From positions 47,368,001 through 47,432,000 of the forward strand of contig OZ320319.1 of NCBI GenBank assembly GCA_976226885.1: a stretch of 64,000 bases of DNA, written 5' to 3'. The stretch comes from Iphione sp. A-MEVVRFRX5. Taxonomy: Eukaryota. Below the pieces are notes generated by a model. That model saw only the letters and a list, made by a program, of their open reading frames with translations, was not told the DNA's origin and searched no databases. Below are positions 63,406-64,000 of the stretch, in pieces (position 1 is the first letter of the stretch; each line of letters opens with the position of its first letter). The position numbers and the translations under genes are program-made.

Positions 63406-64000
63406 ATTTTCCGTCTGGGATTAGTGATGCCTTTTTTCTGCACTGCTCTGGTACAATCTTAATTTCAATCGAAGTTGGATTAAAAAAAGGGGCGACCTCC
63501 ACTGACATTACAGAACAACTTCAATGTAAAGATTCAAATGCAGGTGCTTCTAACTTTATCAATGTTAATAGGAGTCATTAAAACTAATTGCTGCTTCTGT
63601 TAGAACACTAACAAACACTAATTACCCCGCGCGACTCTGCTGCTCGTGACAGAAGAGATCCTTGGCGGTATTTTTAGTTGTGATAGCCCATAATTTATTT
63701 CCTGGACTCTAACAATTTGTCACTGAACTGACAGAAATATTTTCGTATTGTTAGGGTGTGTGGAATAAACGAATAAAAGGTCTGACAATGCATGAATGGG
63801 CGAACAATGCAGGGTATCTTTAAATGGGCGCTCATATACATGAAAACATATTGATGTAAAATTTGTTGATACAAGTGGTACCATGTCAATAATAAATATC
63901 TTGTTGTATTCAATTCACAAGAGTGCATTTCAGCTCTGGGTTGAAAGTTGTAATTATAAATCATTTACTAGAGGTTAACTTTTGCTGAGGCCAGCGATGT

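Noticed and set aside
62547-63508. ORFs spanning the N runs
   Set aside because: These are artefacts of translating gaps as X.
1-64000. rRNA, tRNA, snRNA, histone or other intact host genes; prokaryotic defence systems
   Set aside because: No recognisable signatures were found by eye on either strand.

Overview
Animal genomic DNA, most likely a marine invertebrate (inferred from the TE spectrum and composition), with no intact host protein-coding gene and no prokaryotic features. The first ~43 kb is a layered transposon graveyard: a decayed Gypsy LTR-retrotransposon (minus, 1-5.07 kb) with an unexplained long ORF downstream of integrase; a 5'-truncated Penelope-like element (RT C-terminus + GIY-YIG) with a 16-bp flanking duplication and a hammerhead-ribozyme core; two different piggyBac transposase pseudogenes head-to-head, one interrupted by a frame-restoring spliceosomal intron; a pogo/Tigger-like MITE carrying a higher-order minisatellite; several LINE fragments (CR1/L2, RTE-X-like, I-like); a Gypsy RT fragment; and an Ngaro/DIRS tyrosine-recombinase retrotransposon. 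From ~20 kb onward CpG-rich, TF-motif-rich islands are interspersed and look regulatory, including a candidate TATA-driven, multi-uORF spliced transcript at 55.4-57.8 kb. The most intriguing items are the Penelope hammerhead, an 8-copy AGGACGTGGTC repeat-spacer array at 15.3-15.7 kb, the piggyBac intron, the Gypsy extra ORF and a 60-nt hairpin at 34.5 kb. I found no convincing wholly new system. All calls are by eye, without database searches.
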